Assembly (NCBI GenBank): GCA_964016885.1
Contig: CAXHJY010000154.1
Span: 62,001-126,000, forward strand
From: Eledone cirrhosa
Taxonomy: Eukaryota
Direction of reading: 5' to 3'
DNA: 64,000 nt
Shown piece by piece: positions 52,431 through 64,000 of this stretch. Numbering within the stretch: the first letter of the stretch is position 1; every line of letters begins with the position of its first letter. Under the pieces are notes generated by a model that ran no database searches, was not told where the DNA came from, and was given only the letters and a program-made list of their open reading frames with translations. The position numbers and the translations under genes were made by a program.

Positions 52431-54215
52431 AGTGAATTCTAGGTGGATTTCCTGAGACCCACCAGACTAATTCAGTGGGAAGCCATAGACAGTGCTGTGT
52501 GCCATTTACAATCACCTTCACCCTGTAAAATAGTTGTGTAGGTGACACGACAAAAAGCACCCAGTACTCACTGTAAATGAGGTTAGCATCAGGAAGGGCA
52601 TCCTGCTGTAGAAACCAAGCCAAAATCACTTCTGCATGAGCAAGTCATGTTCACCTGACCTAGCATTGCCCACAATAGGACAACTCATCTAACCCATGCT
52701 AGCATGAAAAAATGGACGTAAAACAGTGATGATGATGACTGTAGCAGCTTCTGTGGATTGGGGAAATTCATATCTTATTTTACTGTCAATTATTTCTAGT
52801 TATAGCTTCTAACTGTGCAATGGACTGACATCCTGACTTGTACTCTCAGTTGCTTAACATCAATAGAACTGGGATGAGTTCTGGCCTGATGAGACTCCAG
52901 GCAAAGAGTAAGAAGAGTATTTCTACCTTCATTATATATTTCTAGTGAATAAATAAAGGTGTGTCATGACAGGGTGATAGCAAAAAGAAAAGCAAATATA
53001 AAAAAAAAAAATAATGTATATTTTAGAATGTATATATTTATCTAAAACTCTTCCATCACACTTTTATACTCTATGCTCCAAACACCAACTTAATAACGAG
53101 AAAGTTATATTACTAAATTATAGGCAGTGTCTTTCATTAGAATAATGATAATGAAAGGGTTAAAAAATTACCCTGAACCATTAATTCTTACTTTCTTGTA
53201 CCACATGTGACAGCGTTAGTAAGATATCCTTAAAAAGTATAAAACAGCACAATGATTGCATCACATGAAAAATTAAAGCATTAACCCTAATACTGCAAAT
53301 TTTCACAATGATCTGTCCATTTGTAAAGATACTAGAAACATTCGAATTAACAAACCTCTTGTTAGATATTTTTACAGAATGTTAAGATGACTTCTGTTAT
53401 ACATGACCTCTGTTAGTTTTGCAAATTGCATAATCCAACACGGGTCTGGAATCAAGGGTGCCAAAAAATCAGTGGTATATTTGTTATATTGATGGGATTG
53501 AAAGTGTGTGCATCCTGTAAGTTTGATTGGCTAATTTCTCCTTCATATTTTTTTCTGTCTTTCCTGCTTGCTTATCTTCATAGATTAACACTAGATAGTG
53601 TTAATCCATGAAGAACAAGGAGGAAAGCTGTGAAAATAGCAGAGTATAAGCAGCATGAATGATGTGTTTTGTATAAGTTATTATTTAGCTTTAAGTCAAC
53701 TCTGAATAAGTAGATCTTCAATGAAAGTCATTCTAGCCATGGCCATCCCATTCTTAAGGTTGTCTTGAACTGCTTTGTTAAATGCATTTTCCTTTTATTT
53801 AACCTTTTTGTTACCATATTTCTAATGAAGTACACTGACTATGAATTTTAAATCATTTTGAAAATAATCAAGCATCTGAAAGGATTCAGTAATATAACTT
53901 TTTCTTTGTTAAGCTGGTGTTTGGTACGTAACTTAGAAATGGTTAAACGGAAAAAATGAAACGTAATTTCATTTCTCACTCTTAGTACGGCTGTTACTTA
54001 AATATTAGTATGTATACGTACATACATATATGTATACAGACGTACAGTAGTATGTATATATATATATATACATACATCCACACATATATATATGTATGTA
54101 TGGATTCACCGAACATTTATTATAATGCTCGGTGTGTTTGTAAACAAACATCCCGAATTAAGCCGTACAGTGTCTCGCAACCATCGTTGCTCATTTGTTC
54201 AACTCTGACAAAGGA

Positions 54216-54258
54216 ACGCTGTACTAGTTTCAAGCTTATTAGCTATCGTCAGCAACGT
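54216..54258 (-). ncRNA. Minimal type I hammerhead ribozyme, copy 1
   Basis: ACGTTG-CTGACGA-tAGCT aata AGCTt-GAAAC-TA-GTA|CAGCGT: 6-bp stem I, 4-bp stem II, palindromic ACTAGT stem III; predicted cut between 54222 and 54221. Confidence 0.88.
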
Positions 54259-54644
54259 ATACCTTCCTGCCAGATGATTGAACGTCTGAAAGTATATACT
54301 TTCCTTATGCATATTAACAGCTGAGCAGCCTAATTTGCATATCGAGTGAGTTAATCGGCTGGGGTACCGAAAACGATAAACGGAAAAAATGAAACAAAAT
54401 TTCATTTCTCACTCTTAGTACGGTTGTTACTTAAATATAAGTATGTATACGTACATACATATATGTATACAGACGTACAGTAGTATGTATATATATATAC
54501 ATACATGCACACATATATATATGTACGTATGGATTCACCAAACATTTATTATAATGCTCGGTGTGTTTGTAAACAAACATCCCGAATTAAGCCGTACAGT
54601 GTCTAGCAACCATCGTTGCTCATTTGTTCAACCCTGACAAAGGA

Positions 54645-54687
54645 ACGCTGTACTAGTTTCAAGCTTATTAGCTATCGTCAGCAACGT
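54645..54687 (-). ncRNA. Minimal type I hammerhead ribozyme, copy 2 (identical to copy 1)
   Basis: Same 43-nt sequence; predicted cut between 54651 and 54650. Confidence 0.88.
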
Positions 54688-55194
54688 ATACCTTATACTT
54701 AAAAATGGTTGTTACATAGAATTATGAGGGAAGGTTTTTACATAAATATAAACAATTTAAAAAAAAAAAACACTTTAGTATCATAAAACCTGGTTTAGGC
54801 TATCAAAAGGGTTATGACAGTAGGTTATGATTTGAGGGGCATTTCACTGCTATTTTTGGCAAGTGGAGTAACCATGTAAAGGCTTCCTTGTTGAGTTGTG
54901 TGCACGTGAGTTTGGCATGTGTTGTGTAGAACACGAGGTTGCAGATGCTTTTTTTTTTTTTTGTGGATTTTCATAATTCTGATACTAGGATATAGATATA
55001 CTCTGAGCAGGGGGTAGAGATTTAATGTAATTGATGTAGTTAAGTGCATGGAAGATGGGGAAATTATAATGTTTCATCTATTAATAGGCAACATGAATGT
55101 GAGGTTCAGGAATAATGGCAATAAACTGCTGCAATGTATTCAATATTTTATTGTCTGTTTGGCAGAAATGCTGTATAAAGTGTGCATGATATGA

Positions 55195-55226
<32 letters not shown>

Positions 55227-55446
55227 GATAGAGAGGAGGAGAGAGAGAATGTTAATTATTGGGTAATAATTTCAACATAAACTGGCTTCATATAACTTAC
55301 ACTTAAATAGTGGCCACACACAAACAAGATCAATAGATACGAAGACAAAATATTTGTGTGATCCCCTATGACAATTACATTAGTGGTAGAATTGTGCTTA
55401 GGAATTTTTACTGGATTACAAGGAAAAATCAGTTCAGAATGTTGGC

Positions 55447-55635
55447 ATTATTTCTACTTTTGACACAAGGCCAGCAATTACCTCAGTGCATTACTGGTAC
55501 TTTATTTTATCGACCCCGCAAGGATGAAAGGTAAAGTTAACCTCGGCGGGATTTGAACTCAGAATGGCAAGGGCCGTAACTCTATGCGTCAAAGCATGGT
55601 GCCCGACCCTCTACCATTACTTCCAATCCACCGCA
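55447..55635 (-). mobile_element. SINE family A copy
   Basis: Colinear with 11036-11226. Confidence 0.88.
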
Positions 55636-56770
55636 TTATTAGTAATAATGATCACAAATGACTGACAGCATCAAATAATTTTCAATTAATTTTGAAAATA
55701 ATGAAGAATTTAGAGGTATTTAGTAATATAATAAACTTTCTCTAACAGGTTTTTACATAAAGTTATGATGGAAGGGTTTTATATATCTATAAACATTTTA
55801 AAACAGCTTTGAATTCTAGAATGAAGGGCAGTTTCAGGCAGTTTGGAATCAAAAGGGTTAAGTCTCTCTTCTTAGTGACAGCCATATGTTTTTCATAGAG
55901 AGAGATCTACCAGTTACTTTATCCCTGTCACACATTAGTGGCCTCTTTTCTCCCTTGGATTGGAAGTTTTATGTCATCAAATCCAAGAGATAGCTGGATG
56001 CTTGCAGCCTATATTGACAGGGATCTTCAACCAATATTCCATTAATTCTATTGTTCTCCAATATTTGGTTATACCTCCCACATTCTTCCTTCCATACTTT
56101 CTCCTTCTTTTTAGAGGGTCGTATCAGAAGCAGCCAGCTTCAAATGGTCCACCTGGATCATTGAAACCAACTGAACATGATTGTTATCCAACCATTGCCC
56201 TGGAAATCTGACCTGTGATTCTTTCCTTAGATATGCTTATTTTCAAATTTAATTGAAGTACATAGGCAGTGTATTCCATTAGAAATACGGTGAAAATGGG
56301 GTTAATGGTCTACTTACTGATACTTCTAATCATACATTTCTATTCAGATGATACCACCCTTCACCCTCCTTAAACATCCAATCTAAACATCTCTTATCAA
56401 ACTTGCACTGTTTCTATGAATAGTAACCTTGAAAAGATTCTTCAATGGAAGCACAATAACTTCTGCAACAACACTCAGACACAACTGCTATATACATTTG
56501 AAGAAACAATCTTGCACTACATTCTTTCTATACAGAAACAACATTGTTTTACTGCTCATGCATCTGGAAAGCTTCTATTGTTGCAAGACACACAAACAAC
56601 CTAGACCAAGGGTTCCCCACATTTGTCATCCTGCTTACACTCATAAAAACCTTTTGAAAGTAAATTCACCCCCAACTATGTTTTGTTCAGTAATTTGAAT
56701 TTTTATGCAACAAACAACAAAGTAGAAAATTTTTAAATACTATTTTTAGACATCATTATTTTAGGCTTAT

Positions 56771-56955
56771 AAGGTGGATTGCCAGTATCGGTAGAGGGTC
56801 GGACGTCATGCTTTGACGCATAGAGTTACAGCCCTTTCCATTCTGAGTTCAAATCTCGCCGAGGTCAACTTTGCCTTTCATCCTTACGGGGTCGATAAAA
56901 TAAAGTACCAGTAATGTACTGGGTAATTGCTGGCCTTGTGCCAAAAGTAGAAATA
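56771..56955 (+). mobile_element. SINE family A copy with TSD
   Basis: Box A and box B present; flanking direct repeat ATTATTTTAGGCTTATAAG on both sides. Confidence 0.9.
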
Positions 56956-57734
56956 ATTATTTTAGGCTTATAAGAGAATAGTTTGGCAGAATAATTAGAG
57001 TGTTGAGCAAAAGACTTTGCAGCATTTAGTTATGGCTCTTTAGATTCTGTGTTCAAATGACATCGAGGTCAACTTTGCTTCTCATCCTTTCACGGTCAAT
57101 AAAATAAGGTACTAGTCAAGTAGTGGAGTCAATATAATTAACTTTCCCCTTAAATTGCTAGTTTTCTTCTGTTAAAATGAAAAACTATTATTTTAGGTTA
57201 TTTTAGTGGTACAAAACAATGTTGCATCACTCACTTATGAATAACTAATGATAAACATACCTGTACTGGAACCACAGTCAATATAAAACAATTAATGAGA
57301 CTCACACACATCATTAAGTCCAAAATAGTAGAAAGAAAACTAATTAGTATTTTAATAAGCAAAATATGCCTACTTAAAATTTCTTCTCAACTTTAGAGTG
57401 TTTTAATTATAATTAGAAAAATATACACTTCCAGAATCAGCAAGTTTATCCTCTGGGGTTAAATTTACTTTGTTTTGATACCTTGGGTAAGACCAAAACA
57501 AAACAAAGACCATTTAGCTCTTGTCTCTACTTCTACTACTATTAGAGTGGCTTTTACTCCTCTAAACTATCAAGTTGCAAACCCACTCCACCCAAGCCTG
57601 CATGTTACACCCTTTTTGTCTAATGTCATCTCTACTGAGCTTTAGCCTAGATTCCACACTAAACATATTGCCTTAAAAAGGATCCCATGATGAATATGGA
57701 GTCTATCATGGGGCCTGTAAAGCTAACTTCTGCT

Positions 57735-57963
57735 TTAACCCTTTAGCATTCAAACCTGCCATATCCAACCAGAATTCTCTCACCTTTTTCTGTTCAAACT
57801 GGTCATAACTGGCCACTCATACTGATGTTATGGTATTCTTCTCAAAATAAATAATATCAAAATCTCATAGATTCGATATTATGTGAGATAATTATGTAAG
57901 ATAAAACCTTTACTGGGAAAATATGATAGTAGATATAGAATAATGTAAATGCTAAAGAGTTAA
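57735..57963 (+). mobile_element. piggyBac-like TTAA MITE, family P2
   Basis: TTAA-CCCTTTAGCATT...AATGCTAAAGAG-TTAA; related copies at about 4500-4627 and 5872-6101. Confidence 0.82.
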
Positions 57964-60748
57964 CAGGTAAAACACCTTAAAACACTTGTCATTGTGTTGA
58001 CTGTTGCTGAAGTTGACTCAAAAAAACAGAAGCCGGAACATGTTTTCCTTGCATTCATTGGCCTATAACTGTTCAAACTAAATATTAACTGCAGTAATAC
58101 CACTAGTCTGAGTAGGTCTCTTCTTCTTTAACTAACTAATGTACCAAGTTTGCAGAAAGTTTGTAGGTGGGAATTCAGATTTGCTTAATTGGTCCAAACG
58201 CAGGAATTGCAATGTAATGTCTAGAGTGGCAAAGCACCTGATGAACTATAGTAGCTATTAGTCTGAGCTTGCATAAACTGAAGGTCAAAGATAACACAAG
58301 TTCTACGCTGTAAGTACTGGAGGTGTGGTTAGTGATAACATAGCTAGAGGATGTGCAACAAACGATAACATAGTAGCTAGAGGAAGTGTTGCTAGAGGAA
58401 GTGGGGCTAGTGTTAACACAGTAGTAAGAATAACATAGTTGTAAGGAGATGGAATTTGAATGTATGGTGCATGTTGGTGTGTAAAATACTGAATTGGTGA
58501 ATGCCAAAAGATTGAGCTTCCCAGATGAAAAGAGACATGATGGGGGAAATAAAAAGAAAGGTGTTGATCATCAGATCTGACCAAAGAACCAATGTTTCCA
58601 TTAATATTTTCATTGCTGATACTACTACTGGTCACGACTCCTAGCAGACAGAGCAATGTGAATTAAAGTATTTTGCCCAAGAACACAATGTGCCATCTAG
58701 TCCAGGTATCGAACCTGCAACCAATTGAACTTAAGTCTAACATCCTAACCATTAGGCCATATGTCTTCACCTAGTGGTCAGGGTGTTGAACTCATGGTCA
58801 TAAGGTCATAAGGTTACATTGCTAGACTACCTGGGCTGTTGTGTTCTTGAACAAAATACTTTTATTTCATGTTGCTCCTGATAGAAAGAGCTGCAACTAG
58901 TAAGAGAGGCAGTAGTATCCGCAATGGAAAGTCCAATGAAAACATTATTTCCTTGTTGATCAGCTTCTTTCCTTTTTTCCATTATTGGAAGATAAGGGGA
59001 TGAAATGGAAATGACAGTGACAATGAGATATTTCTATTTCTTTCAGTATTTTTTCTTTTACTTTGTGTCTAGACATTTTTTTAACCATTATAACTGAAAT
59101 CACTACAATTTTGAGAACTATGTCACTTGATATGTAGGAAGGGAGGAGTAAAGAATTCATTTCTTTCTATTTAGTTCACAATAGGTGTATGGGATCTCTG
59201 GCAGATTGGCAAAGAACCAGAATCTCATATGTACTATCATTATCATCACCATCATCATTTAATGTCAGTTTTCCTTGCTAGCTAGGGTTGAACAAAGTCG
59301 GTACTTAATCAGAGATACTGACCTCTTGGACACAGTTTACCGTGACACCTGCACTAGGGTGGTCATCTTGTCTTTGACACAATTGAAGAGTCCTCTGTAC
59401 CATTTGTTTGGCAAGTTGTCTACAACTGGATGCCATTCTTATCACCAATCACTTTACAGAGTGTACTTACTGCATTTTATCATATCACCAACACTAGAGA
59501 GTTTTATCATGCCCTCTCAACATTTCAAACCATGTTAGTAAAGCATACTTGAAAAGTACAAGATAGCACTATGGCTACATTACATTAAAAATTGAAGTTT
59601 TTACTTTAATGTTGCAAATGTTCACAATGATCTGTCCACTAGCAGAGATACTACAAATATTAGAATTAACAAACCCATTAGATATTTTCTGCTAAATCAT
59701 TATAGGATGCTAAGAGTTAAACAGGGGGACATGGTAAGATGAACATGATCTCTTATCTTAAACAATATAGACTAGATGAGTATTAGGGACATTAGGTGAT
59801 ATATGTAGGAGGAAGAGAATCAACTGTATTGGTATGGAAACCCAATGTGATTGATTCCAGATTAAGATGGATTGCTCTATTTTTGAGTTCTATACTCCAC
59901 TCCTTTCATTTGTTTACACATTTATCTAAGTTTTGTATTCATAACAACACAATGTATTTACAATTGATATTTTCATTCTTATGCTAATTCCACTCTCACC
60001 TGTCAACTCACACCGCCACCACAACTACAATAACCCCCCCCCCCCCCCCCCATCGTTATCATCACTGCATTGCCCCGTACCAAACCATGTCATTTTTGGT
60101 TATATCAGTTTTAGAGAAACTTGAAATAAACCAAATTATAAGGTAGGATAAAATAATGTGGTTTTAATCAACATACCTCTTTAACCCTTTCATGACCAAA
60201 TCTCTAATGAAATACACTTTGTTTCAATTAATTAATGAAGAATTTTGAGATATTTACTCAACTTATTAAATATTTCATTACTTAGATAGTAACTTTACAT
60301 ATGGTTTCTATCTAAAGGTATGTTGGAAGATTTTAATTTAAATAGGAATTATTTAAAACGGATAACTTTGTTTCATAGAACCAGAGCCAGTTAAATTACT
60401 AAGTGAGAAAAAAAAAAGAAAAGAAAGGAAAAAACGAAATAAACAAGAGAAGCTGCCAAAATTTAAGTAAACATTATTTCCTGTTAAACTATCATTTTAG
60501 CTATTGGAATTTTGTGTCAAATATTTGCTCTCCATCTCATACAGTATATTTTAACAAAAATTACAAATATAAACTTTTTCATTTGAATGAACGGATTGGA
60601 GTCCTTCAGGGTAACATTTTTGCAATTCTGCTTGCTGTGTCTAGTGATAACATCCACCTGCAGTTTTGTACTTCAGTAAGACAGACAGGCCAAATGAAAG
60701 AACATGACAACCTTTCATTGGTTGATTTATTCTGTTACCATAAGTCAC

Positions 60749-60788
<40 letters not shown>

Positions 60789-60793
60789 TATAA

Positions 60794-61471
60794 TCATCAT
60801 CATCATTTAACGTCTATCTTCCACGTGCTAGCATGGGTTAGACAGGAGTTGTCCCAATTTGATGCAAGATTGGTCGGGTGACCGTGTCTCGCTTGTATAG
60901 GACTATCTGGCAGGTTTTCTATGGCTGGATGCCTTTCCTATCACCAACCACATTTACAGTGTGGACTGGGAACATTTTACAGTGTTACCTACACGGCCAT
61001 ATTACAGCGTGGACTTACACACTTACACCTCACCAAGACAATGTCACTGGACCGAGACCTTTGGCGGTACTCAGTAATAGAGAAGACCCGCCTTGCCAGT
61101 AGGCATCTCTAACAAAATACACCACGTCCCACCACCACAACCCCCACCCCATCCACACCACCCCGTTCTATGTAAAGTTATGTTGGTGCCGCGCCATCCA
61201 GGCCGAAACAAATGAGATCGTGTAGGTGTCACGACAAAAAAAACACAGTCCACGCTGTAATGTGGCCGTGTAGGCAACACGGTAAAAACCTCCCAGACTC
61301 ACACTGTAAATGTGGTTGGTGTTAGGAAGGGCATCCAACTGTAGAAAACCTGCCAGACAGTCCTATGCGAGCAAGAAAATCACTCTTGCCTCAAGTGGGA
61401 CTACCCCCGTCCAAACCCATGCAAACGTGGAACACGGACGTTAAACGTTGATGATGATGATGATGATGATG
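60794..61471. mobile_element. Two RTE 3' ends in opposite orientation
   Basis: 60794-61013 is a minus-strand 3' UTR; 61014-61471 is a plus-strand copy highly similar to 46030-46494. Confidence 0.88.
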
Positions 61472-61928
61472 ACTGTGTTTTTTTTGTCGTGACACCTACA
61501 CAATCTCGATCTCATCTCATTAATTTGGACTGGATGTTGTGGTACCAACTCTACAGAGAAGGGGTGGTGTTGGTGGGAGTGGGAGGATGGAATAGGGGTA
61601 GTGGGTTGGGGTGTATATTTGGTTAAGAGGTGCCTACTGACTGTAGGTTTCGCTTTGTACATAGGCAAGACGGGTCTTCTGTATTACTGCGTGGCGCCAA
61701 AGATCTCAGTCCATTGACATTGTCTTAGAGAGGTGTAAGTGTGTGAGGTCGGAATTTATCAAATCGTCCCAAGTTTTTCTGGGTCTACCTACTCCGTAAC
61801 TTCCATCAATTTTGATCATCCTGCATTTTTTTATACAACTGTCGTCTTTCATGCGTATCACGTGACCATACCAACGTAGTCTTCTCTCAAGTAAACAGCA
61901 TCTGATCCCTCTTATTCCTAATTTCTCA
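61472..61928 (-). mobile_element. RTE C-terminal and 3' UTR fragment
   Basis: EKLGIRGIRCCLLERRLRWYGHV...GRPRKTWDDLINSDL. Confidence 0.9.
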
Positions 61929-61932
61929 TGTA

Positions 61933-61998
<66 letters not shown>

Positions 61999-62001
<3 letters not shown>

Positions 62002-62290
62002 TCATCAACATCACCGTTTTATGTCGTTCTTCCATGGGTTAGACGGGGAACTGATTCTGGCTTGATTTCTGCAGCTGGATGCCCATCCTAACACCAACCT
62101 CATTTACAGTGAATGCTGGGTGCTTTTTTTCCGTGGCGCCTACACGTCCACTTTACAGTGTGCGATGGGAGCTTTTTTTTTGCCGTGGCACCTCCACGAC
62201 CACTTTGCAGTCCTATCATCTCATTTCTACAGCTGAGTAAACTGGAGCAATGGGAAATAAAGTGTCTTGCTCAAGGAAACAACACACCAC
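61999..62290 (-). mobile_element. SINE family B, 5'-truncated
   Basis: Reverse match to 20860-21126. Confidence 0.85.
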
Positions 62291-62404
62291 CCAGTCCGTA
62301 TATATATATAATGTTAAGTAATTCCGTAGAAAAGGTAAAGGAAAGAAGAGTGCTCTATGTATAGTACAGAGCTATTTAATTACATAATAAACAGCACAAT
62401 ATAA

Positions 62405-62480
62405 TTATTCAACTACCAAAGGTTTCAAGAAACTAGACATTCCTTACAGAAATGTCTAGCCCGTTCATCAGATGAAATAT
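62405..62480 (-). ncRNA. Type I hammerhead ribozyme motif with long stem II
   Basis: TTCAT-CTGATGA-acgg-GCTAGACATT..AATGTCTAGT-ttctt-GAAACC ttt GGTA|GTTGAA; stem I and the base of stem II are imperfect. Confidence 0.6.
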
Positions 62481-62509
62481 TTATATATATATATATATAT
62501 ATAGGTGAT

Positions 62510-63587
62510 CAGGTGTAGGTAGGAACTCCATTCTCTGCCCCAAATGCAAACAATGGGTACACAAGAGATGTAGCGGGATCTCAGGAAGCTTAATTAAGAA
62601 TGTAGGCTTCACATGCAGCAGCTGTGCTGAGACAGCAAGCAGCAAACAGCCACAAGAAACAAGTACCACCAATCTCTGGGAGGGCTCTGTAGAAACAGTA
62701 GACAGCTTCTGCTACCTAGGTGACCGAATTAGCAGTGGAGGTGGGTGTTCAGAAAGTACAATAACTAGGGTAAGAACGGGATGGAAGAAGTTTAGGGAAC
62801 TACTACCACTGCTAGCTGCAAAAGGCTTCTCCCTCAGAATGAAAGGTAGACTGTATGATGCGTGTATCCGAACAGCAATCTTCCATGGTAGTTAGACCTG
62901 GGCGCTGAAAGTGGAAGACTTACGTAGATTAGAGAGAAACGAAGCCTGCATGCTCCGATGGATGTGTAACAGTAATATACGTGAACGACGAAACATAAAT
63001 GAATTGAGAGAGAGACTGAGCATAAGAGGAATCAAATGCTGTGTGCAGGAGAGGCGGTTGCGCTGATATGGACATGTGATGTGTATGAAGGATGACAGCT
63101 GCATAAAAAGGTGCAGAGCACTTGAAGTTGATGGAAACCGCGAAGTGGGGAGACCCAAGATGACCTGGGATGAGGTGATAAAAGCCGACCTTACCCAATT
63201 ACACCTCTCAAAGGCAATGACACACGACCGTGACTTCTGGCGTCACGCAGTAATACAGAGTACCCGACATGGGTACAAGCTGAAGCATATAGACAATATG
63301 CCCCCCCCCCCCCCACCCACCGCAAGGTGGTCGTGGAGGAGCCACGGCAAAAAAGCACCCAGCCCACACTGTAAAGTGGACGTGTAGGCGCCACGAAAAA
63401 GCACCCAGCACTCACTGTAAATGAGGTTGGTGTTAGGAAGGGCATCCAGCTGTAGAAATCAAGCCAAATCAGTTCCTGTATGAGCAAGGCATGGTCAGCC
63501 GACCAGACACTGCCCACAACAGGACAACCCGTCTAACCCATGCTAGCGTGGAAGAACGGACGTAAAACGGTGATGATGATGATGATA
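62510..63587 (+). mobile_element. 5'-truncated RTE copy (PHD region to (GAT)n tail)
   Basis: NSILCPKCKQWVHKRCSGI, VDSFCYLG, GWKKFRELLPLL, GRPKMTW and 3' UTR; in-frame stops. Confidence 0.92.
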
Positions 63588-63699
63588 TATATAGTGGTAG
63601 AACACGAAGGTAATATCCGTAGTGGTAGAGCACTCAGTCCATGGGGCGAGTTAGGTAGAAGTAGTTACACAACAGTAGGTATTGTCATGAGAAGCACTC

Positions 63700-64000
63700 A
63701 TGTCTTCACTCATGTCCAGACTGAATCTTCCTGTGTGATGCTAACCTGTTTCGTGTCAAGCCAAAGAACATTGCAAAACTCACTCATTCTCACCAGTCAT
63801 TAAAATATGACCATACTCTGCTGCACCACATGGACCAAGAGAGAGAGACCCAGCCCACACTTCCGATGTTACTTCACTGGCCCCTCACTTCTGGCAAGAC
63901 TTCCCTTGCACTTCTGACTCTCTTGCCCCACTAGTATAACAGCACCATAATATGCTCCTATATGCAGCATGTCTGGGTTGCATTGTGTCCATTAATTTCC
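63700..64000 (-). mobile_element. Degenerate RTE C-terminal fragment
   Basis: Minus-strand translation gives EHIMVLLY*WGKRVRSAREVLPEV, resembling the LRWYGHV region of the other copies. Confidence 0.55.

Larger units (their letters stand above)
53945..54696 (-). mobile_element. Retrozyme-like tandem repeat (about 1.7 x 430 bp) with two hammerheads and a TSD
   Basis: Near-identical copies start at 53945 and 54378; flanked by ACTTAGAAATGGTT (53931-53944) and ACTTAAAAATGGTT (54697-54710); no credible coding capacity. Confidence 0.85.
53799..54814 (+). mobile_element. P1 piggyBac-like MITE split by the retrozyme-like insertion
   Basis: TTAA-CCTTTTTGTTACCA start; MITE sequence resumes at about 54711 and ends TATCAAAAGGG-TTAT. 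Confidence 0.78.

Noticed and set aside
52880-52915. CTGATGA-GACTC..GAGT hammerhead-like half
   Set aside because: No GAAA or cleavage triplet follows stem II; at best a truncated relic.
54010-54637. Duplicated small ORFs (104 aa and 64 aa) as a gene pair
   Set aside because: They begin in TA-rich microsatellite and the frame differs between copies; the conserved feature is the antisense ribozyme.

Overview
AT-rich, repeat-saturated eukaryotic intronic or intergenic DNA. The (TA)n/(CA)n/(GAT)n tracts, tRNA-derived SINEs with RTE-type tails and RTE LINEs suggest a coleoid cephalopod such as Octopus (inference). I recognise no host protein-coding exon; most listed ORFs are microsatellite or antisense artefacts. 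Supported content: a near full-length RTE LINE (about 42.5-46.5 kb) with APE endonuclease, RT, an inserted PHD finger and 5' tandem monomers; many RTE fragments and a CR1 fragment; a Buster-type hAT with TIRs and a perfect 8-bp TSD; a DD37D (maT) transposase remnant; two non-autonomous Helitrons; TTAA piggyBac-like and mariner-like MITEs; several SINE families. The most notable signal is a set of hammerhead ribozyme (HHR) motifs read by eye. The best case is a tandem ~430-bp repeat at 53945-54696 with two identical minimal type I HHRs on the minus strand, flanked by a ~14-bp TSD, which is the architecture of a circular-RNA-producing retrozyme. Unrelated HHRs lie at ~0.6, ~40.8 and ~62.4 kb, with degenerate ones at ~23 kb. 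Boundaries of degraded elements are approximate.
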